Shown here: positions 1-9,746 of the stretch, in pieces
Layout of the letters: the number at the start of each line of letters is the position of its first letter
Position numbering within the stretch: the first letter of the stretch is position 1
Origin: a bacterium
GTDB lineage: Bacteria; Hinthialibacterota; Hinthialibacteria; Hinthialibacterales; Hinthialibacteraceae
NCBI GenBank assembly: GCA_041946805.1
Contig: JBHGBC010000004.1
Location: 1 to 64,000 of the forward strand
Direction: 5' to 3'
DNA: 64,000 nt
Made by a program: the position numbers and the translations under genes
The notes under the pieces: model-generated
Told to the model about the DNA's origin: nothing
What the model saw: the letters and a program-made list of their open reading frames with translations, nothing else
The model's database searches: none

Positions 1-1541
1 TCGGTGGGCGTGGCCACCGCGGTTTCCGTCGGAGTCGCCACCACGCTTTCCGTGGGCGTCGGGACTGGAGTAAACGTGGAGGTCGGAGTCGCCACCGGAG
101 TTTCCGTCGGAGTTTCGGTGGGTTCCACCTGGCCCGCCAACTGCACCAGGGCGGATTGCGGAGTAACGTTAATAGTCCCGAAGTTGGTATCAAGTAGAGA
201 AGTTACAGAAATATCGATTGGAGAAGTGGCGGCCGGCGTGGCTTTCACCTGGAAGGTCACTTTGGCGAATTCCACTTCGCCCACGGGCGCGTCCAGACTC
301 GCCGCGTTCAAACCGTTCATCAAAATCACACCCGGGGTGGCTGTGTTGGCGATCGGTGTACCAAGTTCCGTGGCGGAACCCGGCGCCACCGGGCCGTTCA
401 CGGAAAGTACATTCGCGTCATAGGTGATTTTCAGATCATACGCGCCCACGGGGCTTGTGCCGACATTGGCCACGATGCTGGCCACAAAGGTATCACCCAC
501 GTTGAAAGGTCCAGGTCCACCACTGATCACCGCGGTGATCGCGGAAGCGGGAACCTGAAACGGACCGATGGGTATGATTCCACCGGGATCTCTTTTCGCA
601 GGTTGAGGAATTACGTTGACCGGGGATTGGCCGGGAGAAGGACGGAGACCGGCCAGGATCTGCTGAATATACAAGGCGTCCCCGATGCCGAGTCCCGCGA
701 TGGAATCGATGTCCAGGGCCGCTGGATCGGTTACGCTGTCCAGCAATCCAGCCAGGTACTGCCGCACCATCAGGGCATCACCGATATCCAAATTCGAGCC
801 GATCGACTGGGGGGTTTGATTGGGATCCGGACGGAGGCCGGCCAGGATTTGCTGAATGAACAACGCGTCGCCGATACCGATACCCGCGATGGGATCGATC
901 TCCGCGGCGGCCGGATCGGTCACGCTGTCACGCAGTCCGGCGAGGAATTGGCGGATCATCAAGGCGTCGCCGATTTCCAATTTGCCGTTGCCGTTCGCAT
1001 CGCCCTTAATCATTTGCGCTTTTACAGTGACGGAGGCGGGCTGGGCGATGGTGATGCCCAAATCACTGCCTTCCGGTTGCTCCAAACCATCCGTATAGAA
1101 ATTGGCCAGGGCGATCTGCGCCTGGAGGGTGCCGGGCGTGTCGGCCTGAACCCGCAACGTGCCAATCGGGACACCGGCGAAAGCCGCCGCCGCGTTGGGA
1201 CCCAAGAGGGAAGACTGCAACAGGATCCCTTTGCCTTCCACATGGGTCACGGTCACCGGCGCCTGATCCGGCACACCGTTGGCGTTCGACCATTCCGAAG
1301 TGATTTCGAACCGGGGGCTGGAGACCATCACGCCATCCGAGGAGTAGAAATCCACCTGCATGAGGTACGCGCTGAATGGCTGGTCCGTCTCCAGGAGCAG
1401 GTTATAAACGATTTCGCTCCCCACCGCCGCCGAGTTGGATGTGGGGGTCAGAGAGACCACACCCACACCGTATGATGCACTCGCACCGCAAAGCAGAAGC
1501 GTGAAAAGCAGTGCGACTGGTTTGGTCATGGATTTCCGCAT
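1..1541 (-). CDS. Secreted cohesin-dockerin-dockerin-cohesin protein with Pro/Thr linker (3' end runs off window)
   Basis: Not in ORF track because it has no stop in the window. Manual translation from ATG 1541 (GGAGG upstream): signal peptide MRKSMTKPVALLFTLLLCGASASYG; dockerin KGDANGNGKLEIGDALMIRQFLAG...IDPIAGIGIGDALFIQQILAG, duplicated; cohesin-like FNVGDTFVASIVANVGTSPVGAYDLKITYDANVL; PTETPTETPVATPT linker. Confidence 0.85.
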   Translation of the reverse strand, partial: MRKSMTKPVALLFTLLLCGASASYGVGVVSLTPTSNSAAVGSEIVYNLLLETDQPFSAYLMQVDFYSSDGVMVSSPRFEITSEWSNANGVPDQAPVTVTHVEGKGILLQSSLLGPNAAAAFAGVPIGTLRVQADTPGTLQAQIALANFYTDGLEQPEGSDLGITIAQPASVTVKAQMIKGDANGNGKLEIGDALMIRQFLAGLRDSVTDPAAAEIDPIAGIGIGDALFIQQILAGLRPDPNQTPQSIGSNLDIGDALMVRQYLAGLLDSVTDPAALDIDSIAGLGIGDALYIQQILAGLRPSPGQSPVNVIPQPAKRDPGGIIPIGPFQVPASAITAVISGGPGPFNVGDTFVASIVANVGTSPVGAYDLKITYDANVLSVNGPVAPGSATELGTPIANTATPGVILMNGLNAASLDAPVGEVEFAKVTFQVKATPAATSPIDISVTSLLDTNFGTINVTPQSALVQLAGQVEPTETPTETPVATPTSTFTPVPTPTESVVATPTETAVATPT

Positions 1542-1777
1542 CGGTGCCTCCGTCTCTTTAGGTGTACAGTTATGAGGAACCACACATCCTCAGATCGGTA
1601 CACAATCGCGTTTACTTTATCGAAACTTAAACCGAATTTCAACTCCTAAATTACTTTTTTTCCGACTTTTTTTTGCTAATTTCAAGAATCGTTAGTCTTT
1701 TTCTCAAAGAAATTTATGAAATAATGGGCTGGAAATGTCCCACCAGGGATAAATTTTGAATAAAAACTCATTTTCGT

Positions 1778-2944
1778 ATGAAAATCCTCATTTTTCAACG
1801 TTTTGACTTGGCTTCCGTCTCCTGCGCCCGGCGGGTGGTCTGCCAGGCCGAAGAACTTCTGCGCCGCGGCCACACCGTTTGGCTGACGGATTACCCCCAT
1901 CCCGGGCGGCGGGAGGCCATCCCCGAACTGGTCAACCTCGCCAACCTGGGCGCCACCCTGATTCCCCTCGAACGGCGCATCACCGGCTTTCCCCGTAATC
2001 TCCGGATCCTGCAACGCCTTCGGCCGCGGCCGGATCTGATTCATCTGTGGAAATCCTACCCCGACGCCTCGCTGCCAGCCTTGCTTCTTTCACGGAGATG
2101 GAAAATCCCCTTGCATTACGACTGGGACGATTGGGAATGGGGCATCGCGGAAGAATTGACCGGCTCGCGGATGGCCGGATGGATCGCGGGCAGGTGGGAC
2201 CGCTTGCTGCCGAAACTGGGCGGCACGCTGACCGCCGCAAGCCAGTTTCTACACGCCAAGGCATTGGAATGGGGAACGCCGGAAAACCGGATCTGGGATG
2301 CGCCGGTGGGAGCGGACGTGGAACGTTTCTTCCCCCGCGAACGCGACAAGTCCTTGTTCGAAGCGCTGGCGCTGCGCGATCCGGTGCTGGTATACCACGG
2401 GCAGCTGGAAGTGGCCAGCTACGCGGAACAGGCGGTGGAGGCCTTGAAGGAGATCCGGCGCGAAATCCAGACCGCGATGCTGCTGGTGGTAGGCGGGGGG
2501 CGGAAGATGGAAACGATCCACCGGCGCGCCGAAGAGCTGCGCGTGGCAAAACACGTGGTCTGCACTGGGTATGTTCCCGCGGACGAGATTCCCCGTTATC
2601 TGTCCCTGGCGTCGGCCGCCCTGGCCCCCTTCGAGAAAAACGATGTCACGCGGGCGAAATCACCCCTGAAGATCGCCGAGTACCTGGCCATGGGGCTGCC
2701 GGTGGTGGCTTCGGACGTGGGCGACACGCGGCGGATGATCCTCGGCGCGGGCGTGTGCGTGCCCTGCCGGAACATCCAGGAAATGGCCCGGCAGGCGGTT
2801 TGGATTTTGAAGCATCCCGGTGTGCGGCAGAGCATGGCGCTGGCGGGGCGGCGGCTGGCGGAAACCCAATACAACTGGAAGCGGCATGTGGACGCGCTGG
2901 AGGCCGCCTATCAAACGGTGTTGGAAAAACATGCTGACGCGTGA
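1778..2944 (+). CDS. Glycosyltransferase family 4 (GT-B)
   Basis: SPLKIAEYLAMGLPVVASDVG motif; MKILIF start; C-terminal YNW. Confidence 0.9.
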   Translation: MKILIFQRFDLASVSCARRVVCQAEELLRRGHTVWLTDYPHPGRREAIPELVNLANLGATLIPLERRITGFPRNLRILQRLRPRPDLIHLWKSYPDASLPALLLSRRWKIPLHYDWDDWEWGIAEELTGSRMAGWIAGRWDRLLPKLGGTLTAASQFLHAKALEWGTPENRIWDAPVGADVERFFPRERDKSLFEALALRDPVLVYHGQLEVASYAEQAVEALKEIRREIQTAMLLVVGGGRKMETIHRRAEELRVAKHVVCTGYVPADEIPRYLSLASAALAPFEKNDVTRAKSPLKIAEYLAMGLPVVASDVGDTRRMILGAGVCVPCRNIQEMARQAVWILKHPGVRQSMALAGRRLAETQYNWKRHVDALEAAYQTVLEKHADA

Positions 2945-3172
2945 CTCCTCCCCTCTCTTTATCTTCACGGCCTTATCCACCGCGAACTAACGTTCACACC
3001 TGTGAAGAATCCTTCCTCTCCATCCTTCCTGGAAGTTCTGCAATTCATGCGTTTCGCCCTGGCCAAATCAATCGATTGACAATACCCCAGGGAATGCTTT
3101 CTCCTTATAATCAATTCATTTTCATAGAGATGTATTCAGAATCCAATTGCCTCGTTTCTCAGGAGGATGTAG

Positions 3173-4078
3173 GTGGAAAAGATTGGCATGGTCTTTGATC
3201 ATGTACCGGATCGAATGCAGGCGATTAGTAATGGGAGGAGAGCCAGGACCATGGATTATGCCTCTCTGAATCATCAAATCTACGCGAACACGAAAACCGA
3301 TCCCCTGACTGCGGAGGCAGAGCGGGAGCTGGTGAAGCGTTTCCAACAAGGCGATATCGAGGCGCGGCGGCGGTTAATCGAAAGCAACCTGCGCTTCGTC
3401 ATTAAAATGGCCTTGAATTTCCGCAACCAGGGACTGGCGCTGGCCGATCTGATCCAGGACGGCAACCTGGGTTTGATTGAAGCGCTGGAAAAATTCGATC
3501 CCTCCAAAAACTGCCGGCTGATCACGTACGCATCCTGGTGGATCCGGCTCTACATGCAGCGGGCGGTCGAACAAAAAGCCCGCCAGATCAACTTGCCCAT
3601 CAACAAGATGGAAATCCTGCGGAAAGTCCGCTCGTTCGAAGAATCGTACATCAAAAAGCACGGGCAAAAGCCATCGGCGGTGGAAGTGGCGGAATCGCTG
3701 GAGCTGGATGTGGAGAAAATCGAGGAACTGGACGAGTACAATCCTTCCTTTCAAACCATCCACTCCGTCGACGAGGACCATCCGGGTCTGGAACGGGTGC
3801 TGGTCGACGAAAAAAACGAAGATCCCCGCGACCGGATGTGGAGAACCGAGGCCGAAAACCGGCTGAACGCAGTCATGCGGATTCTCAACGACCGGGAGCG
3901 GGAAGTCCTGAGCCACCGGTACAGCCTCTACGAGGGGGGCAAGAAACTCAGCCTCCGCAAGGTGGGACAGCGGATGGGCCTCAGCGCGGAAGGGGTCCGG
4001 CGGATTGAGGAGCAAGCCATGAACAAACTACGCCGCCCCTATATCCGCGCCCAGATAGAATCACTTTTCCCGAATTGA
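3173..4078 (+). CDS. RNA polymerase sigma-70 factor, RpoD/RpoS/RpoH-like (no region 1.1)
   Basis: LIESNLRFV, DLIQDGNLGLIEALEKFDP, TYASWWIR, region 4 SAEGVRRIEEQAMNKLR; AGGAGG before GTG; alternative start 3251. Confidence 0.92.
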   Translation: MEKIGMVFDHVPDRMQAISNGRRARTMDYASLNHQIYANTKTDPLTAEAERELVKRFQQGDIEARRRLIESNLRFVIKMALNFRNQGLALADLIQDGNLGLIEALEKFDPSKNCRLITYASWWIRLYMQRAVEQKARQINLPINKMEILRKVRSFEESYIKKHGQKPSAVEVAESLELDVEKIEELDEYNPSFQTIHSVDEDHPGLERVLVDEKNEDPRDRMWRTEAENRLNAVMRILNDREREVLSHRYSLYEGGKKLSLRKVGQRMGLSAEGVRRIEEQAMNKLRRPYIRAQIESLFPN

Positions 4079-4130
4079 AACGGATCTCATTGTAAATAGA
4101 AAGGATCTCTTTCTCGCCTTCCCCAGGGCA

Positions 4131-4170
4131 ACCGCCGGAATCCATCCATCCCTCCGGCGGTTTTTCTTTT
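4131..4170 (+). terminator. Intrinsic terminator after sigma factor gene
   Basis: ACCGCCGGA...TCCGGCGGT stem followed by TTTTCTTTT. Confidence 0.75.
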
Positions 4171-4296
4171 CATCCGTCAATTCAAACGGCGTCGGCGGCT
4201 TTCAATAGGTTCATCCCTTCCCCAGGATGTCCACGATACGAATTTTGTATAAGTGGGCTTGGCGTTCGGGCTGCTTGGTGCCATCGTTCCTCCATC

Positions 4297-5214
4297 ATGA
4301 ATCAACGCCGAAAAATCCTACTCACCACGATGAAGGTGGTCATCTTCCTGGTGGCGGCCTCGGTTCTCGCCTGCCTGCTTCACCCGCTGGCCTGGCGGGC
4401 CATGACCATTGGGACGAATTGGGAGTACGGCCCGGACCGCGTCTTCCGGCGGATCTGGATGCTCGTGATCGCCGCCGGATTGATCGTTTACCGCAAGCCC
4501 CTGGGCATGCGACATCCCGCGGGGGTGGGATTTTCATTCTCGCGGGACGGTTGGAGCAACCTGGGAGTGGGAATCGTGGTGGTGTTTGGATTCCTGACCG
4601 GGCTGTCCCTGCTCTATGTGGGCTTGAACGCGTGGGATATCGCCACCGAGTTTTCCCTCCGTAAATTCGGAGAGCGGATGTTCAAGGGCGTCATCCGGGG
4701 CGCGTTGGTCAGCGCCATCGAGGAATATGTGTTCCGGGGCCTGATCTTTTTGTCCTTGTGCCGCGCGGGAGATTGGAAGTGGGGGGCGGTGGCCACCAGC
4801 CTGCTCTTTTCGTCCCTGCACTTTCTTGAGGGGAAAGGAGCGATCCTGCCGGTTCAACCGGAGGCGTGGACGGCGGGATTTTGGCTGTGCGGGCAGTCGC
4901 TGCGCAACATGGCGAGCCATTTCACGCCGTTCCCCGACGCCGCGGGACTGTTCGTGGTGGGGATGGCGCTTTGCCAAGGGGTATGGAAGACGGGATCGCT
5001 GTGGTATGGGGCGGGCTTGCACGGCGGGTGGATTTGCTTTTTCACGGTGAAAGCGTCGTTCTTCACGCCCACGGGCCGGATGGCGGAATTTTGGACCGGC
5101 GGCGGCCGGATCTTCAACGGCGTGATCCCCATCGTGGGAATGCTGTTGATTTTCCCCGTCACGCACTATTTGGTGAACCGGGGGATATTGAAAAAAGAAT
5201 TACCTCAGGGTTAA
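4297..5214 (+). CDS. CPBP (CAAX/Abi) family intramembrane metalloprotease
   Basis: EEYVFRG, FSSLH and GLHGGW motifs; multiple TM helices. Confidence 0.9.
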   Translation: MNQRRKILLTTMKVVIFLVAASVLACLLHPLAWRAMTIGTNWEYGPDRVFRRIWMLVIAAGLIVYRKPLGMRHPAGVGFSFSRDGWSNLGVGIVVVFGFLTGLSLLYVGLNAWDIATEFSLRKFGERMFKGVIRGALVSAIEEYVFRGLIFLSLCRAGDWKWGAVATSLLFSSLHFLEGKGAILPVQPEAWTAGFWLCGQSLRNMASHFTPFPDAAGLFVVGMALCQGVWKTGSLWYGAGLHGGWICFFTVKASFFTPTGRMAEFWTGGGRIFNGVIPIVGMLLIFPVTHYLVNRGILKKELPQG

Positions 5215-5355
5215 AATCCTGGGGCTGTATAAAATCCTTGGTCTATTGAGAGGGTACAATCTTTTTGGAGGGCTTTCCCTCACCCTGGCCCTCTCCCGGG
5301 GGGAGAGGGGAAAGTTACTTGTGGTGGGCCGCACCACGCTTTGAGTCCACCCTGC
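5203..5355. repeat. REP mosaic (D 5203-5226, A 5277-5310, E 5323-5355)
   Basis: CCTCAGGGTTAAAATCCTGGGGCT; CCCTCACCCTGGCCCTCTCCCGGGGGGAGAGGGG; GGTGGG...CCACCCTGC. Confidence 0.85.
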
Positions 5356-5402
5356 AGTACTCACTTAACAAAGAAAAGCAAAACCGGCCAAACAACGTAA
5401 AT

Positions 5403-5630
5403 CTACTCATTTCCAAGCGTTATAAAGAAATGTATGACCGGCCATACAAAGAAGAAAAACACAAACAGGGCGCCCAACCAAAGAAACACGAGGACCAAGA
5501 GGCCGAGGGAGAATTCGGCCCATTTTTTCTCTTGCGCGTTCGTTTTCAAAAAACGAATCGCATAGGGCAGGCTGCAAAAGCAAAGCCCGATCCATAGTAG
5601 GCTGAAAATCAATACAAAGGCTTGGAACAT
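5403..5630 (-). CDS. Small 2-TM membrane protein (paralogue of 5718-5969)
   Basis: GGAGG RBS; shared motif AQEKKW.EF..GL.V.VF..LG....F.FVWPV. Confidence 0.7.
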   Translation of the reverse strand: MFQAFVLIFSLLWIGLCFCSLPYAIRFLKTNAQEKKWAEFSLGLLVLVFLWLGALFVFFFFVWPVIHFFITLGNE

Positions 5631-5717
5631 TTGATTTTCCTCCCAAAACGGTTTTTATGAGTCCAACAGGAACCTTTCGAACCGGGAATTTCCATTATCG
5701 GATGAGACCGTATCCGG

Positions 5718-5969
5718 TCATACACCGTAGATCAACGCTTTTCCAGCCCGGATGAAGATCTGAACCACCGGCCAGACAAATAGAAAGAAAAGCACCACGG
5801 AACCCAGCCCGTAGAAGACGAAGACCACCAGGCCGGAGTAGAATTCTCCCCATTTTTTCTCTTGCGCGTCCAATTTCATCTGCAGAATATCACCGGGCAG
5901 ATGATTGAGGGTTTTACCGATCCACGCCAGGCTGAATAAAAACAAGATGGCGGTAAGGTAAACATTCAT
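5718..5969 (-). CDS. Small 2-TM membrane protein (paralogue of 5403-5630)
   Basis: AQEKKWGEFYSGLVVFVFYGLGSVVLFFLFVWPV. Confidence 0.7.
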   Translation of the reverse strand: MNVYLTAILFLFSLAWIGKTLNHLPGDILQMKLDAQEKKWGEFYSGLVVFVFYGLGSVVLFFLFVWPVVQIFIRAGKALIYGV

Positions 5970-6013
5970 ATTGGGATACCTTGGTTTTCACCCTGCGCAC
6001 GAAGGACCAATCC

Positions 6014-6278
6014 AGAGGTTCGATGATTTCCTCTCCAGGCCGGCGCTATTACCGTACGCAAAAGGAGCAAGACTCAACTCGATTGCTGAGTAAGGATTCT
6101 GTCCACCCTTTCGGGGCTTCCCTCACTCTGCCTCTCTCCCAGGGGAAGAGGGGATGATTCCTTTTATCGTCCTTTTCCCAGGGCGTTGCCCTGGGCTAAC
6201 TTCTAACGCGCCGTTGGCGCTTAAAAGGTTTCCCCTGTTTCAGTGAATCAACCATTACGATAATTCAACAGAACCTAG
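6014..6278 (+). mobile_element. MITE-like element family 1 (~260 bp) carrying REP A and D hairpins
   Basis: Right end AATTCAACAGAACCTAG; degenerate left end GGTTCGATGATTT; interior homologous to 8750-9005 (inverted) and 22128-22388. Confidence 0.65.
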
Positions 6279-7243
6279 TCATTTTCCAATGGGAACAAAT
6301 TATCCAGCGCGGATTTCAGGTCCTCCGTCATGCTCACCGCCAGGGCGCCGAGGTTTTCGTGGAGTTGTTCCAGCCGGGTCGCGCCCGTGATGACGCTGGA
6401 AATCGCCGGGCGGGAGGCGGTCCAGGCCAGGGCCAGTTGCGCGCGGGTGCAGCCGGCCTGACCGGCCAGATCCTTCATCTTCTTCACCCGTTGCAGCGTG
6501 GTTTCCGTGTAGTACCGTTTGCGGGTCCATTCGATGCGGTCGAGGCGGGAGCCGGGAGGCAGGCCCTGGTCGTATTTCCCCGTCAGGACGCCATAAGCCA
6601 GGGGGCTGAAACTGACCGCACCCATGCCCAGATCCAGCACCGCCGGGGCCACATCGGTTTCGAAGGCCTTTCGGGACAGGAGGTTGTAGCGGGGCTGCTC
6701 CACCTGGGGCTTGTAGAGATTGCGTTTTTCGCAGATCGCGTGGACTTCACGCAGCTGGGCGCCCGTCCAATCGCTGGTTCCCCAGTAGAGAATCTTGCCC
6801 TGGTGGACCAGGTCGTCCATGGCCCGCGCGGTTTCCTCGAGGGGTGTATCCGGATCGAAACGATGGCAGAAATAGAGATCCAGGTAGTCCGTGCCGATCC
6901 GTTTCAAGCTTTTTTCGACCGATTCCATGATGTGTTTGCGCGACAAACCACGGTCGTTGACATCGTCGCTCATGGGGAAAAAGACCTTGCTGGAGAGCAC
7001 CAGCCCATGGCGGGGAAATTCACGCAAAACGGCTCCCATGGCCCGTTCGGTTTCCCCCTTGTTGTAGATGTCGCTCATGTCGAAAAAGATCACCCCGGCG
7101 TCGAACGCCACGCGCAGGATTTCGCCGATGACCCGGCTGTCGTTCACGCTCTCGCCGAACGTGGTCCATCCGCCCAAACTGAACATACTGACCTTCGTCC
7201 CGCATTTCCCCAGGGGACGGTATTTCATTTCCGTTTTGGACAT
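6275..7243 (-). CDS. Aldo/keto reductase (Kv-beta/Tas-like)
   Basis: YRPLGKCGTKVS, SLKRIGTDYLDLYFCHRFD, SPLAYGVLTGKY; start MSKTEMK with GGAGG. Confidence 0.93.
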   Translation of the reverse strand: MSKTEMKYRPLGKCGTKVSMFSLGGWTTFGESVNDSRVIGEILRVAFDAGVIFFDMSDIYNKGETERAMGAVLREFPRHGLVLSSKVFFPMSDDVNDRGLSRKHIMESVEKSLKRIGTDYLDLYFCHRFDPDTPLEETARAMDDLVHQGKILYWGTSDWTGAQLREVHAICEKRNLYKPQVEQPRYNLLSRKAFETDVAPAVLDLGMGAVSFSPLAYGVLTGKYDQGLPPGSRLDRIEWTRKRYYTETTLQRVKKMKDLAGQAGCTRAQLALAWTASRPAISSVITGATRLEQLHENLGALAVSMTEDLKSALDNLFPLEND

Positions 7244-7284
7244 TAAAACCTCCTGATAGGGGAATTCATGGACGCAAGACATCC

Positions 7285-7433
7285 GGGCGGACACCCAGGT
7301 CCACGTCAACCAATTTCCCTCACCCTTGCCCTCTCCCCGAGGGAGTGGGGATTGGGGAGTTGATCTCCCCGGCCAGCCCGGCGGAAGAGCGGCCCGGCAT
7401 GGTTGCTAAAAGTACGCACTTACCGGATGAACC
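7285..7433 (+). repeat. Partial MITE family 2 copy (REP B-A plus right end)
   Basis: Ends AGTACGCACTTACCGGATGAACC; about 130 bp homologous to 38661-38781 and 59849-59965. Confidence 0.7.
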
Positions 7434-7475
7434 TCTTTATTGTAGCGGGAGCGGGGGAAAGGGAAGCGGCGGCGG

Positions 7476-8603
7476 TCAGGCCTCGTCCGGCCAGCCTTGT
7501 TTCCACGAGTGATGCCAGCGGGTGGCGATGACCTTCAATATCGCGGCCACGGGCACCGCCAGTACAATGCCGGTGAGGCCCATCAGCGAACCGCCCACGA
7601 TGATAGCCACCATGATCAGCACCGGATGCAGGCCGGTTTCTTGCCCCATGATCCGGGGACTCAGGTAAAACCCTTCAAGAGCCTGGCCGGCTCCGAAATA
7701 GAGTGTGATCCAAAGCAGTTTCATCCAGTGGTTGGGTTCATCCACAAACGACAGGAGCAGAGCGGGAACCAAACCGACCACCACGCTCATGTATGGAATC
7801 ATGTTGGCCAGGCCCGAGAGGATTCCCAGGATGAATCCAAGCGGCACGCCCAGGAGCGATAGACCCACGGAGTAGAAGGCCATGAGCAGCAGGGCTATGC
7901 TGAACTGGCCCCGAATGAATCCCCCCACGACCTTGTCCAATTCGTTGATCCAATCGGCGGCCTTCACCCGCCAATGGGGGGGAAGGGCTTCATAAAAATG
8001 GACTTGCAGCACGTTGTAGTCCCGCAACAAATAATAAGTAAACACAGGGACAAGGAGCAGGTTCAAAATCCAGACGATATAGCTGGCAAAACCAGTGAAC
8101 GTATTCAGAAAAGTCTCCCAAACTGACCGCAACCAGTTGGGATAGTTGGTCTGAATCCATTGAAACGTCTTTTTGATGGCCTCGCGGACACTGCTGCGGT
8201 CCCCCACGATCTCGTATTCCTTCAACAGGGGGTACAATTTGGTATCGAACCATTTCAGCAGGGGGTATTCGCCACCGTAATTGGGATCTTGGACGGGAGG
8301 ATTCAGAATTTCACCGGCTTGTTTGTAAACCTGCCCCACCACGATCATCAGGAAGACGGCGATCAGGAAGACGGCGATGATAATTACGATCCGCACGGCG
8401 CTGTCCCGCGGCATGCCTTTGTTCGACATCCAGTCCACGAAGGGATTCAACAGATAAGCGAAGAGAAAACTGACCACCAGCAAGGCGACGGTGGTGGTGT
8501 TGAGAAACAGGATCCACGCGCACAGGTACAATCCCAGCAGGACCCCGGCCCATTTCAGGATCCAACGTACCTTGGGAGTCAGCAGGGGAGCCGCTTCATT
8601 CAT
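7476..8603 (-). CDS. AI-2E (PerM/UPF0118) family transporter
   Basis: FAYLLNPFV, GGFIRGQ, NMIPYM, LSPRIMG..GLHP, G..LAVP. Confidence 0.92.
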   Translation of the reverse strand: MNEAAPLLTPKVRWILKWAGVLLGLYLCAWILFLNTTTVALLVVSFLFAYLLNPFVDWMSNKGMPRDSAVRIVIIIAVFLIAVFLMIVVGQVYKQAGEILNPPVQDPNYGGEYPLLKWFDTKLYPLLKEYEIVGDRSSVREAIKKTFQWIQTNYPNWLRSVWETFLNTFTGFASYIVWILNLLLVPVFTYYLLRDYNVLQVHFYEALPPHWRVKAADWINELDKVVGGFIRGQFSIALLLMAFYSVGLSLLGVPLGFILGILSGLANMIPYMSVVVGLVPALLLSFVDEPNHWMKLLWITLYFGAGQALEGFYLSPRIMGQETGLHPVLIMVAIIVGGSLMGLTGIVLAVPVAAILKVIATRWHHSWKQGWPDEA

Positions 8604-8749
8604 TGAGGCCGCCCTTGTGCCTGGATCAGGGGTATGCCGCCGCATGATAGGGTAGCAAACGAAAAACCGGGCCGGATGTCAAGGCTGCTTGTAGAATTAG
8701 GTTGAACGTTGGCCGGATTCTGTTTAATGATAAGATGCCAATTCGGGTA

Positions 8750-9005
8750 TGAGGTCTTGTTGAGTTTTTATAATACAGGATCCACCTGAATTCAGTATTG
8801 TGATTCAAGCGCCAACGGCACGTGAAAATCCGGCCAGAGCAGCGCCCTGGGAAAATGACGATCAAAGTAATCATTCCCTTTCCCTCTGGGAGAGGGCTAG
8901 GGTGAGGGAAGCCCGAAAAGGGTGATATAAAACCAGGTGGGCAACCGGATTGGTTGTTATCCATACTGGCTATGATTAAATTGAGAATGACTCAACCGGG
9001 CCGAG
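8750..9005 (-). mobile_element. MITE-like family 1, inverted copy
   Basis: GGTCTTGTTGAGTTTTT at 8753, degenerate ACTCAACCGGGCCGAG at 8990; interior is the reverse complement of 6103-6225. Confidence 0.65.
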
Positions 9006-9040
9006 AACACACAACCCACATCAGGAAACCTGAGGCCGGC

Positions 9041-9742
9041 ATGACCCTGAACGAATTCGAGGAGCTGGTCCGCACCCGGCGCGCCGTGCGGAAATTCAAG
9101 CCGAACCCGGTCGAGGAGGTGTTGCTGCATCGGTTGCTGGCCATTTGTCATTGGGCGCCGAGCGGCTACAACCTGCAGCCGGCCCATTACATCCTGGTGA
9201 TGGACCCCGGTGTGAAAGCCCGGTTATGCCAAGCCTGCATGGGGCAGAAACAGGTGCTCGAGGCGGCCGCCACGGTGGTGTTCACCGGCGACCGGCGCGT
9301 GGTGGAAAACAACCTCGACCGCATGGTGGAACTGGAAAAGGCCGCGGGCGCGATTTCCGATAAATACGAAGGGATGTTGCGGTATTATGTGTCCCTCACC
9401 TTCTCGCATGGTCCTCTGGGTTTGGGATGGCTGTGGAAGGCCTGCCTGCCGCCCTTGATCCGCTGGTTCCGCCCAGTGCCCGCGTTTCCCGCGGTGCATA
9501 AGCAATTCTGGCTGGCGAAACAGACGATGCTCAACGCCATGGTTTTCATGCTGGCGGCGCGGGCGGCGGGACTGGCCACGGTCCCCATGGAAGGTTTCGA
9601 CGAAACCCTCGTCCGGAAGGTTTTGAATATCCCTCATACGCAATCGGTGATGCTGGTCGTGCCGGTCGGCTACCCGGCGGATGGGGAATTGAAGAAGTCC
9701 CGCTTGCCGGTGGAGGATTTCATCCATCGGGATGGGTGGTGA
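9041..9742 (+). CDS. Nitroreductase family protein
   Basis: RRAVRKF, APSGYNLQP, MLAARAAGLATVPMEGFD, VGYP, KSRLP. Confidence 0.92.
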   Translation: MTLNEFEELVRTRRAVRKFKPNPVEEVLLHRLLAICHWAPSGYNLQPAHYILVMDPGVKARLCQACMGQKQVLEAAATVVFTGDRRVVENNLDRMVELEKAAGAISDKYEGMLRYYVSLTFSHGPLGLGWLWKACLPPLIRWFRPVPAFPAVHKQFWLAKQTMLNAMVFMLAARAAGLATVPMEGFDETLVRKVLNIPHTQSVMLVVPVGYPADGELKKSRLPVEDFIHRDGW

Positions 9743-9746
9743 ATCG

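Noticed and set aside
4..1475. Plus-strand ORFs 4-423 and 603-1475
   Set aside because: Antisense shadows of the minus-strand cohesin/dockerin gene, which has the RBS, signal peptide and motifs
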